Source: Octopus bimaculoides | Lineage: Eukaryota | Assembly (NCBI RefSeq): GCF_001194135.2 | Contig: NC_068985.1 | Span: 35,897,153-35,961,152, forward strand | Length of the DNA: 64,000 nucleotides | Reading direction: 5' to 3' | Part shown: positions 52,128 through 64,000 of the stretch, piece after piece | Layout of the letters: each line of letters opens with the position of its first letter | How positions within the stretch are numbered: the stretch's first letter is position 1 | The notes under the pieces: generated by a model | Database searches by the model: none | The model's input: only the letters and a program-made list of their open reading frames with translations | Told to the model about the DNA's origin: nothing | Translations under genes and position numbers: made by a program

Positions 52128-52341
52128 TTAGAAAAACAGCCAACAACTGATGAAGGGTCGTTCTTTATGTTGTTTGTTTTGTTTTCCATTTGTGTCTTTC
52201 ATTGTTCGAAAGAATAGTTCATGTTCTATGTACTTGTGCTTCATACTTTTTTTGTTGTACACGTCTGTGACGTCTTGTGCCCACATATGCATATATATAT
52301 ACGTATAGATGTAAGTATGTACATATACATATGTATATATG

Positions 52342-52378
<37 letters not shown>

Positions 52379-52554
52379 CAGATTCGCGTTTGGCCGTATG
52401 GCTTTTTTATGTTGTTTTCACTGTCCAATTTTTCCTGTCTTGGTTTACGTTTGCCACCTTGGAATCCTCTGTTTAGTTGGTTGATCACTACTCAGGAAGA
52501 GACGATTCTAGAGTACGTCCTGCCTTATCTTCGAAACGTAAAGTTAGAATAGAG
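52128..52554 (+). mobile_element. Probable Penelope-type terminal repeat remnant; a related copy lies at ~54030-54250
   Basis: Shared blocks TTAGAATAGAG, CTGATGAAG and TATGCAT..TAGATGTAAGTATGTACATAT occur at both loci, with hammerhead-like core fragments. Confidence 0.4.
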
Positions 52555-52653
52555 NNNNNNNNNNNNNNNNNNNNNNNNNNNNNNNNNNNNNNNNNNNNNN
52601 NNNNNNNNNNNNNNNNNNNNNNNNNNNNNNNNNNNNNNNNNNNNNNNNNNNNN

Positions 52654-53290
52654 NTTTCACACAGCTATCCTCATCCATTCTCGCTACATGACCATACCAG
52701 CGCATTCATCTCTCTTGCACACCACAGCTGATGCTTTGTAAGTTCAACTTTTCTCTCAAGGTACTAATACACTGTCTAGTATGCACACTGACATTACACA
52801 TCTATCGGAGCATACTGGCTTCATTCCTTGCGAGCCTACGCATGTCCTCAGCAGTCACAGCCCATGTTTCACTGCCATGAAGCATGGTTGTTCGTACACA
52901 TGCGTCATACAGTCTGCCTTTTACTCTAAGTGAGAGGCCCCTTGTCACCAGCAGAAGTAAGAGCTCTCTGAACTTTGTCCAGGCTATTCTTATTCTAGCA
53001 GTTACACTTTCAGCGCACCCTCCCCCGTTACTAACTTGGTCACCTAGATAGCGGAAGCTCTCCACTACGTCTAGTTTTTCTCCCTGGAATGTGGCAGAAG
53101 TTGTTTTCTGCACAGTTACAGTGTTTATAGCTCCTGAACATCTGCTACATACAAAAACTAACTTCCTAGTAAACCTTCCTCTGATATTGCTGCACCTCTT
53201 ATGTGTCCATAGCTTGCACTGCGTGCATCTTATAGAGTTTCTACCTACGCCTTTTCTACAGATCGAGCAGGGCGATCTACCTGAAGGGGT
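52654..53290 (-). mobile_element. RTE-clade LINE fragment with a PHD finger
   Basis: ORF 52802-53386: CSICRKGVGRNSIRCTQCKLWTHKRC...FVCSRC, then ESFRYLGDQVSNGGG... Confidence 0.88.
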
Positions 53291-55189
53291 TTGTGTGTTA
53301 TATGTATATAGATATATATAAAATTTACAAACACACACACACACACTCATACATAAATGTGTGTGTGTGTGTGTGTGCATGTACATGTTTACAGTTATAT
53401 GTCTGTGTGTTTGTGTGTATGTGTAATGTGTGTATGTGTGTGTTTATTAATTTTTATAATGTCACTTTTTCCAGATTGGGTTTGGGCAGGGAACATATTT
53501 ATAGAAAGACAAAAATATATTTTTTCAAAGGAAAAGTGGTATATTTGAATATCTTTCAAAGTAATGGGCAAAAATTATGTAAAACTTCGAATGCAATGAT
53601 TTAGTGATATTTGAATCCCTATTATAATGTTTTAAAGTCCTCAAATTTAGAAATTATTAATATATAAGCCTGAAATTTTGGAGGATGAGATTAGTGTATT
53701 CCAGTGCTCAGCTGGTTTTTATTTTATCAATTCTGAAAGAACAAAAAGTGAAGTCGACCTCGGTAGCATTTGAACTCAAAATGTAAACAGCCAGAAGATT
53801 ATAATGTAGAAAATTTGAGATTGAGTTACAAAATGCGATAACCATAAACACTAAACATTCATGTCACAGAATCATTAATATACTTCAGAAAGATATGCTG
53901 TACACACAATCACCCATTAATCCATTGCCTAAGTATAAGTCAAGCCCTTGTATTAATTGCTTGTTTTTATAGTATAACTGTGTTAGAAAAACTATTACAA
54001 TTGGTGGCGTGGCAATGAATTCATAGAACAAGTAACTGAAGTCTGAAACAGAGTTATGTCCCTTCGGCTTCTAAAAACGCCTAGTTTAGAATAGAGGCAG
54101 CTGATGAAGAATTAATCCAAGTGGCTATTTGTTTTTCTATGTGTTCGTTCCGTTGTCTGTAGTTCATTTTTCTAACGTCCTGTACCCGAATATGCATCTA
54201 TATACACATGTAGATGTAAGTATGTACATATATGTGTGTATACATGCTTATATATCCGTTGTATTATTATGTCTCACAATAGCCGACTTTTGCCAATTTA
54301 TAATTCACGAGTCAATAAAATAAGTACCAATGAAATTATTAGGTGAATCTATTCATGTACCTAAGTATTGAAATGTTTATTGTGTTGAACACTATACGCA
54401 AAAAACGCGCGCGCGCGCGCACACACACACGTACACACTGCAGCATGTACAAAATTATAATTGAAAATATATTTCATTTCAAAAATTAAAATTATAAGTT
54501 TGTGTAAAAAAATTGGCTGACATTAAGTTTCCATGAATTTTTATTAATAATAATTTTTTTCTATACCACCCAATTCCCACATAACCTGAAAATATATTAG
54601 ATAATATATTTCATTAAAAAAAAAAAATTGTTTTTATATTTGTAAAAATTGACATTAAGTTTCAGTGTTATACTGTTTTCTGCAGGTATGTCTCCTGATG
54701 AATTTGATGTCAACTAACATGTTTTTGATTAATTTGTCTTCCAGCCAATATATTTTAACCAAGGTGCCTTCAGTGAATGTGCTTTATATGAATACGCTGC
54801 CTTGAAACAGTGATGAACTCATAACCAAATAATCTTTCTACTTAATATACACATCCTCTTCCTCTAGGTTCCAAAACTTTAGGGTTGTAACCATAAAGGT
54901 AGGCAAAATGAAAGGTAAGTCTATTGAATACTGGAGTGGAGATAAGTGGATCTGTGCCTCATGCCAGAGTTAAGGTAAAGAGGATCCTTAGCCAAACTCC
55001 TTAAGATAAGAGACATCAATACAAATTCTAGTGTCAGCAGAGGCAGAGTAACCATACTGTTAGTTAAGAAATGGCCACATAAGGTAATCGAATAAGATGA
55101 TTCTAGTTATAGACAGCTCAACAGTGATAGTTTTCTTTGCATACATCTCATAGGCAGGATTGACAGAAGAATGAAAATGACTATTCAAT

Positions 55190-56630
55190 GAAACCCTTCT
55201 GCAGAATACCTCAGTGACGATTGACAGCAACTTCATCATCATGACTGACAACTTCAATGTTGGTCAACATGTTGATGGTTTCCATGTCATACATGAAGGC
55301 TATGGAAATTGTTCAAGAAACGAGGAGGGTGTAAGACTCCTGGAGTTCTGTAATGCAACTGACTTAACAATTTACAACATGCACTTTAGGAAACCAGCCA
55401 ACCACCTTATCACCTATAGGAAATGAGGTGAGCACACAAGTCAAATAGATTATATTCTCAACAGGAAATAGATCAGAAGAACTTTTGTAAACATCAAAAC
55501 TGTTCCTGGTGATGAATACACTACACAACGCAGATTAGTGGCTTGTGACTTCAGAGTCAGTGATAGGCAAATGTGGAAATAAAAGACAATACCAAGAAGG
55601 AAGATATAAAAATTAAAAGAACCAGCAATAAGGAAGAGATTTAGAGAAATTCTAATTGGCATATATGACAGTAGGGAGAAAGATTTAAAACCATGATGTA
55701 GATGAAAATGGAATTCTTATGAAATAATCTGCTTAGTGTTGTTGATTAAACATATGGCTAAGACAAAGTCACAGCCAAGTTATAAGTAATATGGCGGTAG
55801 AATGATCTAGTAGATAGGGCAGTAAAGACTAAGAGATAGGCTTGAAAACCTGGAAGGAAAGTGGTAGTACAGAGATGCTCGTGAAAGAAGTGACCACAAA
55901 GCTATCAAACTGAGAGACCTATTATGAAAGTGAGAAAGAGTCATTAGGGAGAGTGTCTGCTTAGATGATATAGTTCAGATTTCTCCTAGGCTGGAGTATC
56001 ACCAATGATCTCTTCATAGATAACAAGAAAAGAAGTCCCTAGCCAAGTGTAAGCATCTCTTTCTAGTATGTGCTGATTTGGAGAAGGACTTTGACAGAGT
56101 GATCACTAAGAAAACTAGGAGTTGATGAATTCAGTAAAATGAATGTTAACAATGAATTTAGGAATTTAGAATGCAAGTGTTCCACCAAGGCTCAGTTCTT
56201 TGCTTCATCTCATTCATTATGGCCCTACAAGTCCACATCATTGGAGTTTAAAACTGGTTTACTGAGGGGACTCCTGCATGCTGATGACACAGTTCTTCAT
56301 GCAGAGGCTGTGAAAGTTTTATAGAAAAATTCAAGACAAGAAAACAAAAGGATTCAGTATAGACATACTAAAGACTAAAGTCATTAAGAAAGAAGTTAGG
56401 ATTCTGATACTTACATGGAAAAGGCCATGTTCAGTATGCAGACAAGAAACAGGTAAAAATACCATACAGTGTACTCAATGCGATATATGAGTGCATGAGA
56501 AGTGTAATGGAATCAAGAGCAGGCTGACAGTGAATAAAGACTTTACCTGTGAAAGATATATGAAAATAGGGAATCCTCGAGCCATCAGTAAAATGAATGC
56601 CTTACAATGTTCAGAATGCAATTTCGTGGA
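55190..56630 (+). mobile_element. Degenerate RTE LINE (endonuclease C-terminus, deleted RT, PHD finger)
   Basis: GYGNCSRNEEGVRLLEFCNATDLTIYN...SQIDYIL...TVPGDEYTTQRRLV (APE); ELLHADD-like motif near 56275; PCSVCRQETGKNTIQCTQC. Confidence 0.75.
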
Positions 56631-57529
56631 GAAGGTTCATTCAACCCATACAAGCATGGTAAAATTAACATAAACTGATGACAATATATAAAAATTCACT
56701 CTCTGACCAAATCCTTTGGCGATATGCTGTACTTGAGAAGACTCATAAAGCCAAGTGAAATCGTAATTGTGGCTGATGCTGGTGTCATGTAATTGGCACG
56801 TAAAAAGCTCCTTTAGAGTGTTGGGCTTCACAGAGGCAATGACCGAGACCTCTGGTATTATGTCGTGCTTGAGAAGACTTATGAAGCCATGTAAAATTGC
56901 AGTCGTGACAGATACTGGTGTCACGCAAATAACACCCGTGCCGGTGGCACATAAAAACAGCTATTACACTCTCGGAGTGGTTGGCGTTAGGAAGGGCATC
57001 CAGTCGTAGAAACCATGCCAAATGAGACTGGGGTCTGGTGCAGCCTTTCAGTTTGCCAGCCCTGATCAAACCACCCAGCCCATACTAGTATGGACAACGG
57101 ATGTTAAATGATGATGGTGATGATTATATATATATATATATATATATAGACATATATCGTCAGTGTCTCATATATCCAAAAAAGAAACACACTCTAAACC
57201 ATAGAGCAGTAATGTATTTATATGTAGTTAAGTATATGTTTGGTCATAGAGTGACCAATGGTTTTGCATTAATAAAGGGCTTACTTCCATGAGTGGCACG
57301 TCAGACTCTAAAACCAAAGACATAATTGTTCAATTCTGAGAGGTAGGAATCCATCACTATCAGTGAGTAAATAAACAAATAAGCCCTGGTCAGCGGGGAC
57401 GGGTTATCTCCCTTAGACCAAGCCTTGGGTCTTTAGTAGAAAGGATTATTATTGCAATTTAACGTTGTATGATATAATAATGTTCTTTTTTTTCATTGGT
57501 CAATCCATTTGTTAGTTAGTCAGCTGACA

Positions 57530-57605
57530 AAGCTAACTTCCGGTTTCGAAGCATAACAGGAAGCCGTTTATTTTTGTTTGCGAAACCTAATTGCTATTGG
57601 TAAGT
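57530..57605 (+). promoter_or_regulatory. Probable NOSIP promoter / non-coding first exon with an ETS (GABP/ELK) site
   Basis: ACTTCCGG (ETS consensus CCGGAAGT on - strand) at ~57536-57543, then a strong GTAAGT donor at 57600. This implies a 5'UTR intron 57600-60519 ending at the NOSIP acceptor. Confidence 0.55.
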
Positions 57606-57823
57606 TTGTCAATATATCTTCCTCAAATTATTTAAATATTATAAATATTACGCTTTTGGTTGACTGTATATAGGCTGCATTTGCATAATCGAAATTATAG
57701 TCGAATGTTGTTATTGAAAGAAGTAGAAGCTATAAATTTTGCTTCATGGTTGCAGAGTATCCTGAGCAAAACGTTTTCATATTGGTTAGGTGAATCCTAA
57801 TCGAGCAGATCTATTTCCAAGTG

Positions 57824-58447
57824 GGCACTGTCATGGTATTAGCTGTCAGAATTGAAAGTAGAACCGACAAGGAACGTTACTGCTGGTTTGAGTTGATTCT
57901 TTGGCTACTGACTAGCCGGAGCTATCTATCTGTCTGTCTGTCTGTCTATCTCACTATCTCTCCCTCTCTATCTATCTATCACTCGTTCACCTCTGTGTCC
58001 GTAGAATTTATCAAATTAGAAAACGCAAATTTAATATAAAAATATATTTTCTGAAATTGCAAATTATTTAAAATATAAAAATATAATTTTCAACAGAGAG
58101 AATTTATCAAAATAGAAAACAAATGAAGTTTGAAGTTTAAAAATAATAGGATCGACCACTCACGACTAGCTAGCGCGGACGCGCGACTGCGCGTTCGGGA
58201 CCACTCTGCTTTAGTAGTACTCTTATACTCTGTGTTTTCAAACGCATGGATATAGGTGTCAAATTTGTTCCAATAACTTTCGAGTGATAGATAGATAGAT
58301 AGAGAGAGAGACAGAGACAGACAGATAGCTCGCTCCGGCCAGTCATGGTATTAGCTGTCAGTAGCCAAAGAATCAACTCAAACCAGCAGTAACGTTCCTT
58401 CAGATTTTTCTACTTTCACTTCTGACAGCTAATACCATGACAGTGCC
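57824..58447. mobile_element. 624-bp MITE with ~110-125-bp TIRs and an 8-bp TSD, Merlin-like
   Basis: Starts GGCACTGTCATGGTATTAGCTGTCAGAA and ends TTCTGACAGCTAATACCATGACAGTGCC; exact TCCAAGTG TSD at 57816-57823 and 58448-58455. Confidence 0.85.
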
Positions 58448-59105
58448 TCCAAGTGTTCCATCCTGTCTTTAATTCAGACATAGCATATTCAGTAGTATAT
58501 TATATCATGTGTCTACTTCGTTTTAAGATCGATGAGTTTTATTTGCGCAAGATTTCGTTGCTATTTCTGGCAGGAAGAATATCTGTGTTGGCACTCCGTC
58601 GCTTACGACGTCGAGGGTTCCAGTTGATCCGATCAACGGAACAGCCTGCTCGTGAAATTAACGTGCAAGTGGCTGAGCACTCCACATACACGTGTACCCT
58701 TAATGTAGTTCTCGGGGATATTCAGTGTGACAAGGCCGACCCTTTGAATTACAGGCACAACAGAAACAGTTGTGGTGAAAGAGTACAGCAGGGTTCGCCA
58801 CCATCCCCTGCCGGAGCCTCGTGGAACTTTAGGTGTTATCATTTGCAAAACTGATGACGTTTCAGTTTGTGATACCTAGCTCTTTCAAGAATCATTAATT
58901 TGCTGTTACTAAATGTTATAAGTGCAAAGTAACAGAAGAATATATTTCACAACAGAAATTACCACTGAATGTTGTTATAAGAGAGATAGAAACAGTAGAA
59001 AGGACATAGTGTTAAGTGTTGGCATATTGGTCTCTTAGATGCAGTCTAGAAAGTTTGTGATTGTATTGCTTACTCTATCTCAATCATATTGGCAGTACTC
59101 TAGTG

Positions 59106-59374
59106 CAGGGGTTTTCAAACTGTGGTCCGCAAGGACAAGACAGGGGGTCCATGGACAGCAAATACTTTTTATGGGCAATTTGATTTTATATATGTTTCTT
59201 AATCGAAATCTTTTAATTGTCAATAAACATATTTGTTAAATACTGTTAAATAAATAAATGTAAAAATATATGTTATTTTAAGCAAATGTTTATGTATAAA
59301 TTTCATAAGGGGGTCCCTAAGGTAAAGCCTGAAATATAAAGGGGTCCGCAAGTCAAAAAATTTGAAAACCCCTG
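59106..59374. mobile_element. hAT-Charlie-type MITE (269 bp)
   Basis: TIRs CAGGGGTTTTCAAA / TTTGAAAACCCCTG with an exact 8-bp TSD CTCTAGTG (59098-59105, 59375-59382). Confidence 0.9.
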
Positions 59375-60559
59375 CTCTAGTGTGATGCATAAAGTTACTT
59401 GTCTAAATTCTTATCTCTTTCATTGAAAGCTTTTCATTAGACCAGAGTCAACAGGGCTCTGTTCTACCTACATTCTGTTTACTTTCATGTATCTCAAGAT
59501 TAGGTTTTGTGCCACACATACTATTTCTTTACATCTTGTTATTACTCTCAACCATATTTATTCCTATGCTTATAATACCATCACTTATTCTCTAATAATC
59601 TTTTATACAGAGATGTAATCCATAGGCAACCAAGATACTTCATGTCAGACATGTATTACTTCTACGAACAAAGGCTTTCTAAAGCATTCTTGAACAAGGA
59701 TCTGACAACCAGATTTCCTTCAACATTACAAAAGCATAGTTATTACTGAGACACATCTCTCTACATGTAAACAATGCAGAACTTGATAAATATATGTACA
59801 AATATATAGATGCAGGTATAACTATGTGGTAAGAAGCTTGCTTCCCAACCACATGGTCCCAGGTTCAGTCCCACTGTGTGACCTCTTGGGCAAGTGTCTT
59901 CTGTTGTAGTCTCAGGCTGATCAAAGCCTTGTGAGTGAAGTTGGTAGACAGAAACTGCAAGAAGCCTGTCATATATTTATATATATATATATATATACAT
60001 ATATTTGTGTGTGTGTGTGTGTCTGCCTGCCATTGACAAAACCAGTGTTGGTGTGTCTACATCCCTGTAACTTAGTGGTTTGGCAAAATAAATCACTAAA
60101 ATAAGTACCATGCTTAAAATAATTGGAGAAATGAAATAATATTTTGAGGTTATGTCTTGATAAAAGTTCATAATCGTTTGACCCTGTGATTTTACAGTAG
60201 TTTTCTTCTAAATCTTATACTTTATGAATCCTTTTTTTTTCCAGACATACCAGCAATATCTTTCTTCTTTCCTAAGTAATTATTAAAAAATTTCAGCCAT
60301 GATGAACCCATTTTTATGTATATCTAGGACTACATTATTAAACATGATCCTCCTTCTTGAGATGCTAGGTTTTGATTTGAGGGAAATTGGTTGTTATTTT
60401 TAACAGATCAAGTGACTGCACTGAAATTCCCTTGTCAGCACATATTATGTTTTCTTTTGTACGTTTGCTATTTTCGAACAATAACTCAAAAAATATTTTT
60501 GCTTTAATTCTCTTAACAGTTATTGTTGACCTGGTCAGAATTTTTCCACTACTCTCATA

Positions 60560-60682
60560 ATGACAAGGCATGCCAAAAATTGTACAGCAGGTACTGTATA
60601 TACTTACCATGAACGTAAGAAAGATACTGCAACATCAGGCTATGGTAGCAAAAGTATTCGTGTCGGGAAAGATTCAGTCAAG
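60560..60682 (+). CDS. NOSIP: Nitric oxide synthase-interacting protein, first coding exon (41 aa); the gene continues past the window
   Basis: Translates to MTRHAKNCTAGTVYTYHERKKDTATSGYGSKSIRVGKDSVK, near-identical to the NOSIP N-terminus (human MTRHGKNCTAGAVYTYHEKKKDTAASGYGTQNIRLSRDAVK). Acceptor tctcttaacag at 60519, donor AAG|gtaaat at 60683. Too short for the ORF track. Confidence 0.95.
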
Positions 60683-61717
60683 GTAAATATATATCTTTTT
60701 ATTTTGAGGAAATGCTTGTGATTTATTTTTTCTTTCCATAAACAAGTAGAAGTTTTTTGTTGGTGTCAAGAGTCATGCTGCACAGACTGTTTATTTGCAT
60801 TTGATTATGTAAAATGCATAGCTGACAACTTTGTAGGTATAAAATTCTACAAAGAAGCTATCTAAATAGCATTCAGTGAGTAGTTGTTACTGTTTAGCAC
60901 CAGGTCAGCTTGATCTTGCAGATCTTTGATCAAAGACAGTTCAGTTATGACTGTCCCATTTTCCTTAAGATAGCAGGATATTAAGAAAAATTGACTGCTC
61001 TTTCTAGTTGGCCAAGTAACCATACAAAGGCTGCTTTAGCTGTGTGCAGTTGATTATAATGTTGATGAGGCATCATCATCATTTAACATCTGCTTTCCAT
61101 GCTAGCTTGGATTGGACGATTTGACTGAGGACTGGTGAACTAGATGGGCTACACCAGGTTCCAATCTGATTTGGCAGAGTTTCTACAGCTGGATGCCCTT
61201 CCTAACAACGCCAACCACTCCGAGAGTGTAGTGGATGCTTTTACGTGCCACTGGCATGAAGGCCAGTCAGGCGGTACTGGCAATGGCCACGCTCAAAATG
61301 GTGTATTTTACGTGCCACTTGCACAGGAGCCAGTCCAGCGACACTGGCAATGATCTCGCTTGAATGTCTTACACATGCCACCGGCACAAGTGCCAGGAAG
61401 GCGATGCTGGGCACAGGTGCCATCACGATTTTGGAAAACTGAAATAAATCCTGTCATATTACATAACAATATATAATTCTGAATTATCAAAGTATAAAAT
61501 AAACTACTTGTGTCAGTTGTTAGTTGTCAGGACACTGCATCCTTCAAAAATTCCATGCTTCCTGAAATTTGCCAACATTGCTCCTGACATACGTAATGCA
61601 CCCTTTCCTCTTTATGACCCTTTAATGTTAAGTTCTCTATCTTTTTGTGTATTTTATTCTATGTACTGTGCCTGTACTTCTCCCCTCAAAATTGCTGGCT
61701 TTATACCAAAATTAGAC

Positions 61718-61759
<42 letters not shown>

Positions 61760-62220
61760 GTTATTATTATAGTTTCAAATTTTGACACAAGGCCAGCAGT
61801 TTTGGAAGAGAGGTATAAGTCAATTACATCAACTCCACTGCTCAACTGGTACTCAATTTATTTATCCTGAAAGGATGAAAGGCAAAGCCAATCTCAGTGG
61901 AATTTGAACTCAGAATATAAGGACAGACAAAATGCCGCTAAGCATTTTACCTGACACGCTAAATTTTCTGTCAGCTCACTGCCTTTAATAATAATAATAA
62001 TAATCATAATCATCATCGTTTAACGTCCGCTTTCCATGCTAGCATGGGTTGGACGATTTGACTGGGGACTGGCGAACCAGATGGCTACACCAGACTCCAA
62101 TCTGATCTGGCAGAGTTTCTACAGCTGGATGCCCTTCCTACTGCCAACCACTCTAAGAGTGTAGTGGGTGCTTTTTAATTGCTACCAGCATGGGGGCCAG
62201 TACGGCAGTACTGGCAAATA

Positions 62221-62251
<31 letters not shown>

Positions 62252-62614
62252 TCAGGATAATAATAATGGCTTCAAATTTTGGGACAAGGCCAGCAATTTC
62301 AGGAGGGGTGGTGGGGCATGTCGATTGCATCACCCTCAGTGCTCAACTGATACTTATTTTATCAACCCTGAAAGGATGACAGGTAAAGTCAACCTCAGTG
62401 GAATTTGAACTCAGAACACAAAGACAAACAAAATGCTGCTAAGCATTTTGTCCAGTATGCTTATGATACTGGCAGCTCACCGCCTTATTCAGTAATAATG
62501 ATGATAATAACTAGCTGACCCCGTGAAAAATTCACGAAAGATATATAAAATGTAAACATCAGTAAATCGTGTGCTGGTGCCATGAGAAATGTTTCTATAT
62601 TGTGACAGTTAAAG

Positions 62615-62830
62615 GTGGCGAGCTGGCAGGATCGTTAGCACGCCAGGTGAAATGCTTAGTGGTATTTCGTCTGTCTTTACATTCTGAGTTCAAATTCTGT
62701 CGAGGTCGACTTCGCCTTTCATTCCTTTGGGGTCGATAAATTAAGTACCGGTTGCATACTGGGGTTGATCTAATTGACTGGCCCTCTCCCACCAAAATTT
62801 TCAGAACTTGTGCTTATAGTAGAAAAGTAT
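62615..62830 (+). mobile_element. SINE family A copy in a NOSIP intron
   Basis: GGTGGCGAGCTGGCAGGATCGTTAGCACGCCAGG...GAGTTCAAATTCTG... Confidence 0.85.
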
Positions 62831-64000
62831 ATTGCAACAGTTAACAGAATATAGAAAGAAGGGTAAAATCGATAACTATATAATCCAACCAAAATATCCC
62901 AGTTATGCAAACGTAAACAGTATTACTATTTAGCCTTAAAATACATCGTACATATTCAGAGAACCCTCTTGGTTTAGTGGTACGGAACGTTTTTCTGGTA
63001 TTCTTTTACTCTTTTACTTATTTCAGTCATTTGACAGTGCTTTAGAATTTGCAGATGTGGAAGAGGTGAATAAAAAAAAAACAACAGAAGCATTAAAAGC
63101 ATCACTTCACAAAAGTTCCAGCACTGCTTCAAACAGTGGAAAATGCACCTGGACTGATGCAGTGCTTCATCATCACCACCATCAGTTAACATCCATTGTC
63201 CATGCTGGCATGGGTTAGATGGTTTGACCAGTGTTGGTAAGCTGAGGAGTTGCACCAGACTCCAGTCTGATTTAGCATGGTTTCTATACCTGGAAGCCCT
63301 TCCTAATGCCAACTATTCCAAAAACGTAACCACTTTCAGAGTGTAATGGAGAATATTTTGAAGGTAATAAAAGTGTAAACATATAAAACTGAGTGAATAA
63401 AATAATACTGCAAAATTCCAGTTTCTTTTGGGTACTCCTTCATATTTCTTACATATAAAAATAAGTTGTACTTATTTTTATTCTAATGTAACATCTGTTC
63501 TCCTTCAGTTATTTGAACTACTTTAGGCCCTTAACCTTGCAAGTTATGAGGTGATAATTATTAATGTTGGAGCCATGAAAAAAAACAGTGTACTCTGTGA
63601 AGTGGTTGGCATTAGGAAGTACATCTGGCTGAAGAAATCATGCCAAAGTAGTCATTGATGCACGAGCTAGTCTTCCAACTTGTCAGATCCTGTCAAATTG
63701 TCTAGCTCATGGAAGACAAAACATTAAATGATGAGGATGTAGCATATAGAAAAGTAACATGTTTTAGGTAGAAATGGAAGTGCACCAGAATGAAGTGTCA
63801 TCACCAGCATTTTATGTCTACTTTTCCATGCTGGCATAAGTTGGGCAGTTTTTCAGAGTTAGTGTTATGCTGCCAGTTGCCTTTCCTGTTGCAATTCCTT
63901 TTAGTTACCTCCTGTGGCATGTAGGGATGCAATGTATCTATTCTAAAACTGGGATACACATAATAAAAGAGCACCTGACTAAATGACACACAGTATATAG

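Noticed and set aside
54660-54695. TTTTCTGCAG|GTATGT, a recursive-splice-like motif
   Set aside because: No + strand transcription unit is known to span it (it is upstream of the putative NOSIP TSS); likely chance.

Overview
AT-rich, repeat-dense animal genomic DNA with six N gaps. The SINE/LINE families and microsatellites resemble those of octopod cephalopods; that species call is inference from repeat style. Three host genes are supported: (1) a CEP44-like centriolar gene with an intronless CDS (2585-3931, +); (2) a complete 7-exon, GT-AG-spliced PLP (vitamin B6) synthase subunit gene PDX1/SNZ/pdxS (6864-36174, -; 323 aa, catalytic residues intact, ~21 kb first intron); (3) the 5' end of NOSIP (+; first coding exon 60560-60682). 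The rest is largely transposon-derived: a CR1/L2-type LINE, RTE LINE fragments carrying a PHD finger inside the RT region, Tc1 and mariner relics, hAT- and Merlin-like MITEs, Penelope remnants and several tRNA-derived SINE families. The main finding is an intact, host-integrated gene for de novo vitamin B6 synthesis in an animal. No PDX2 partner is visible in the window.
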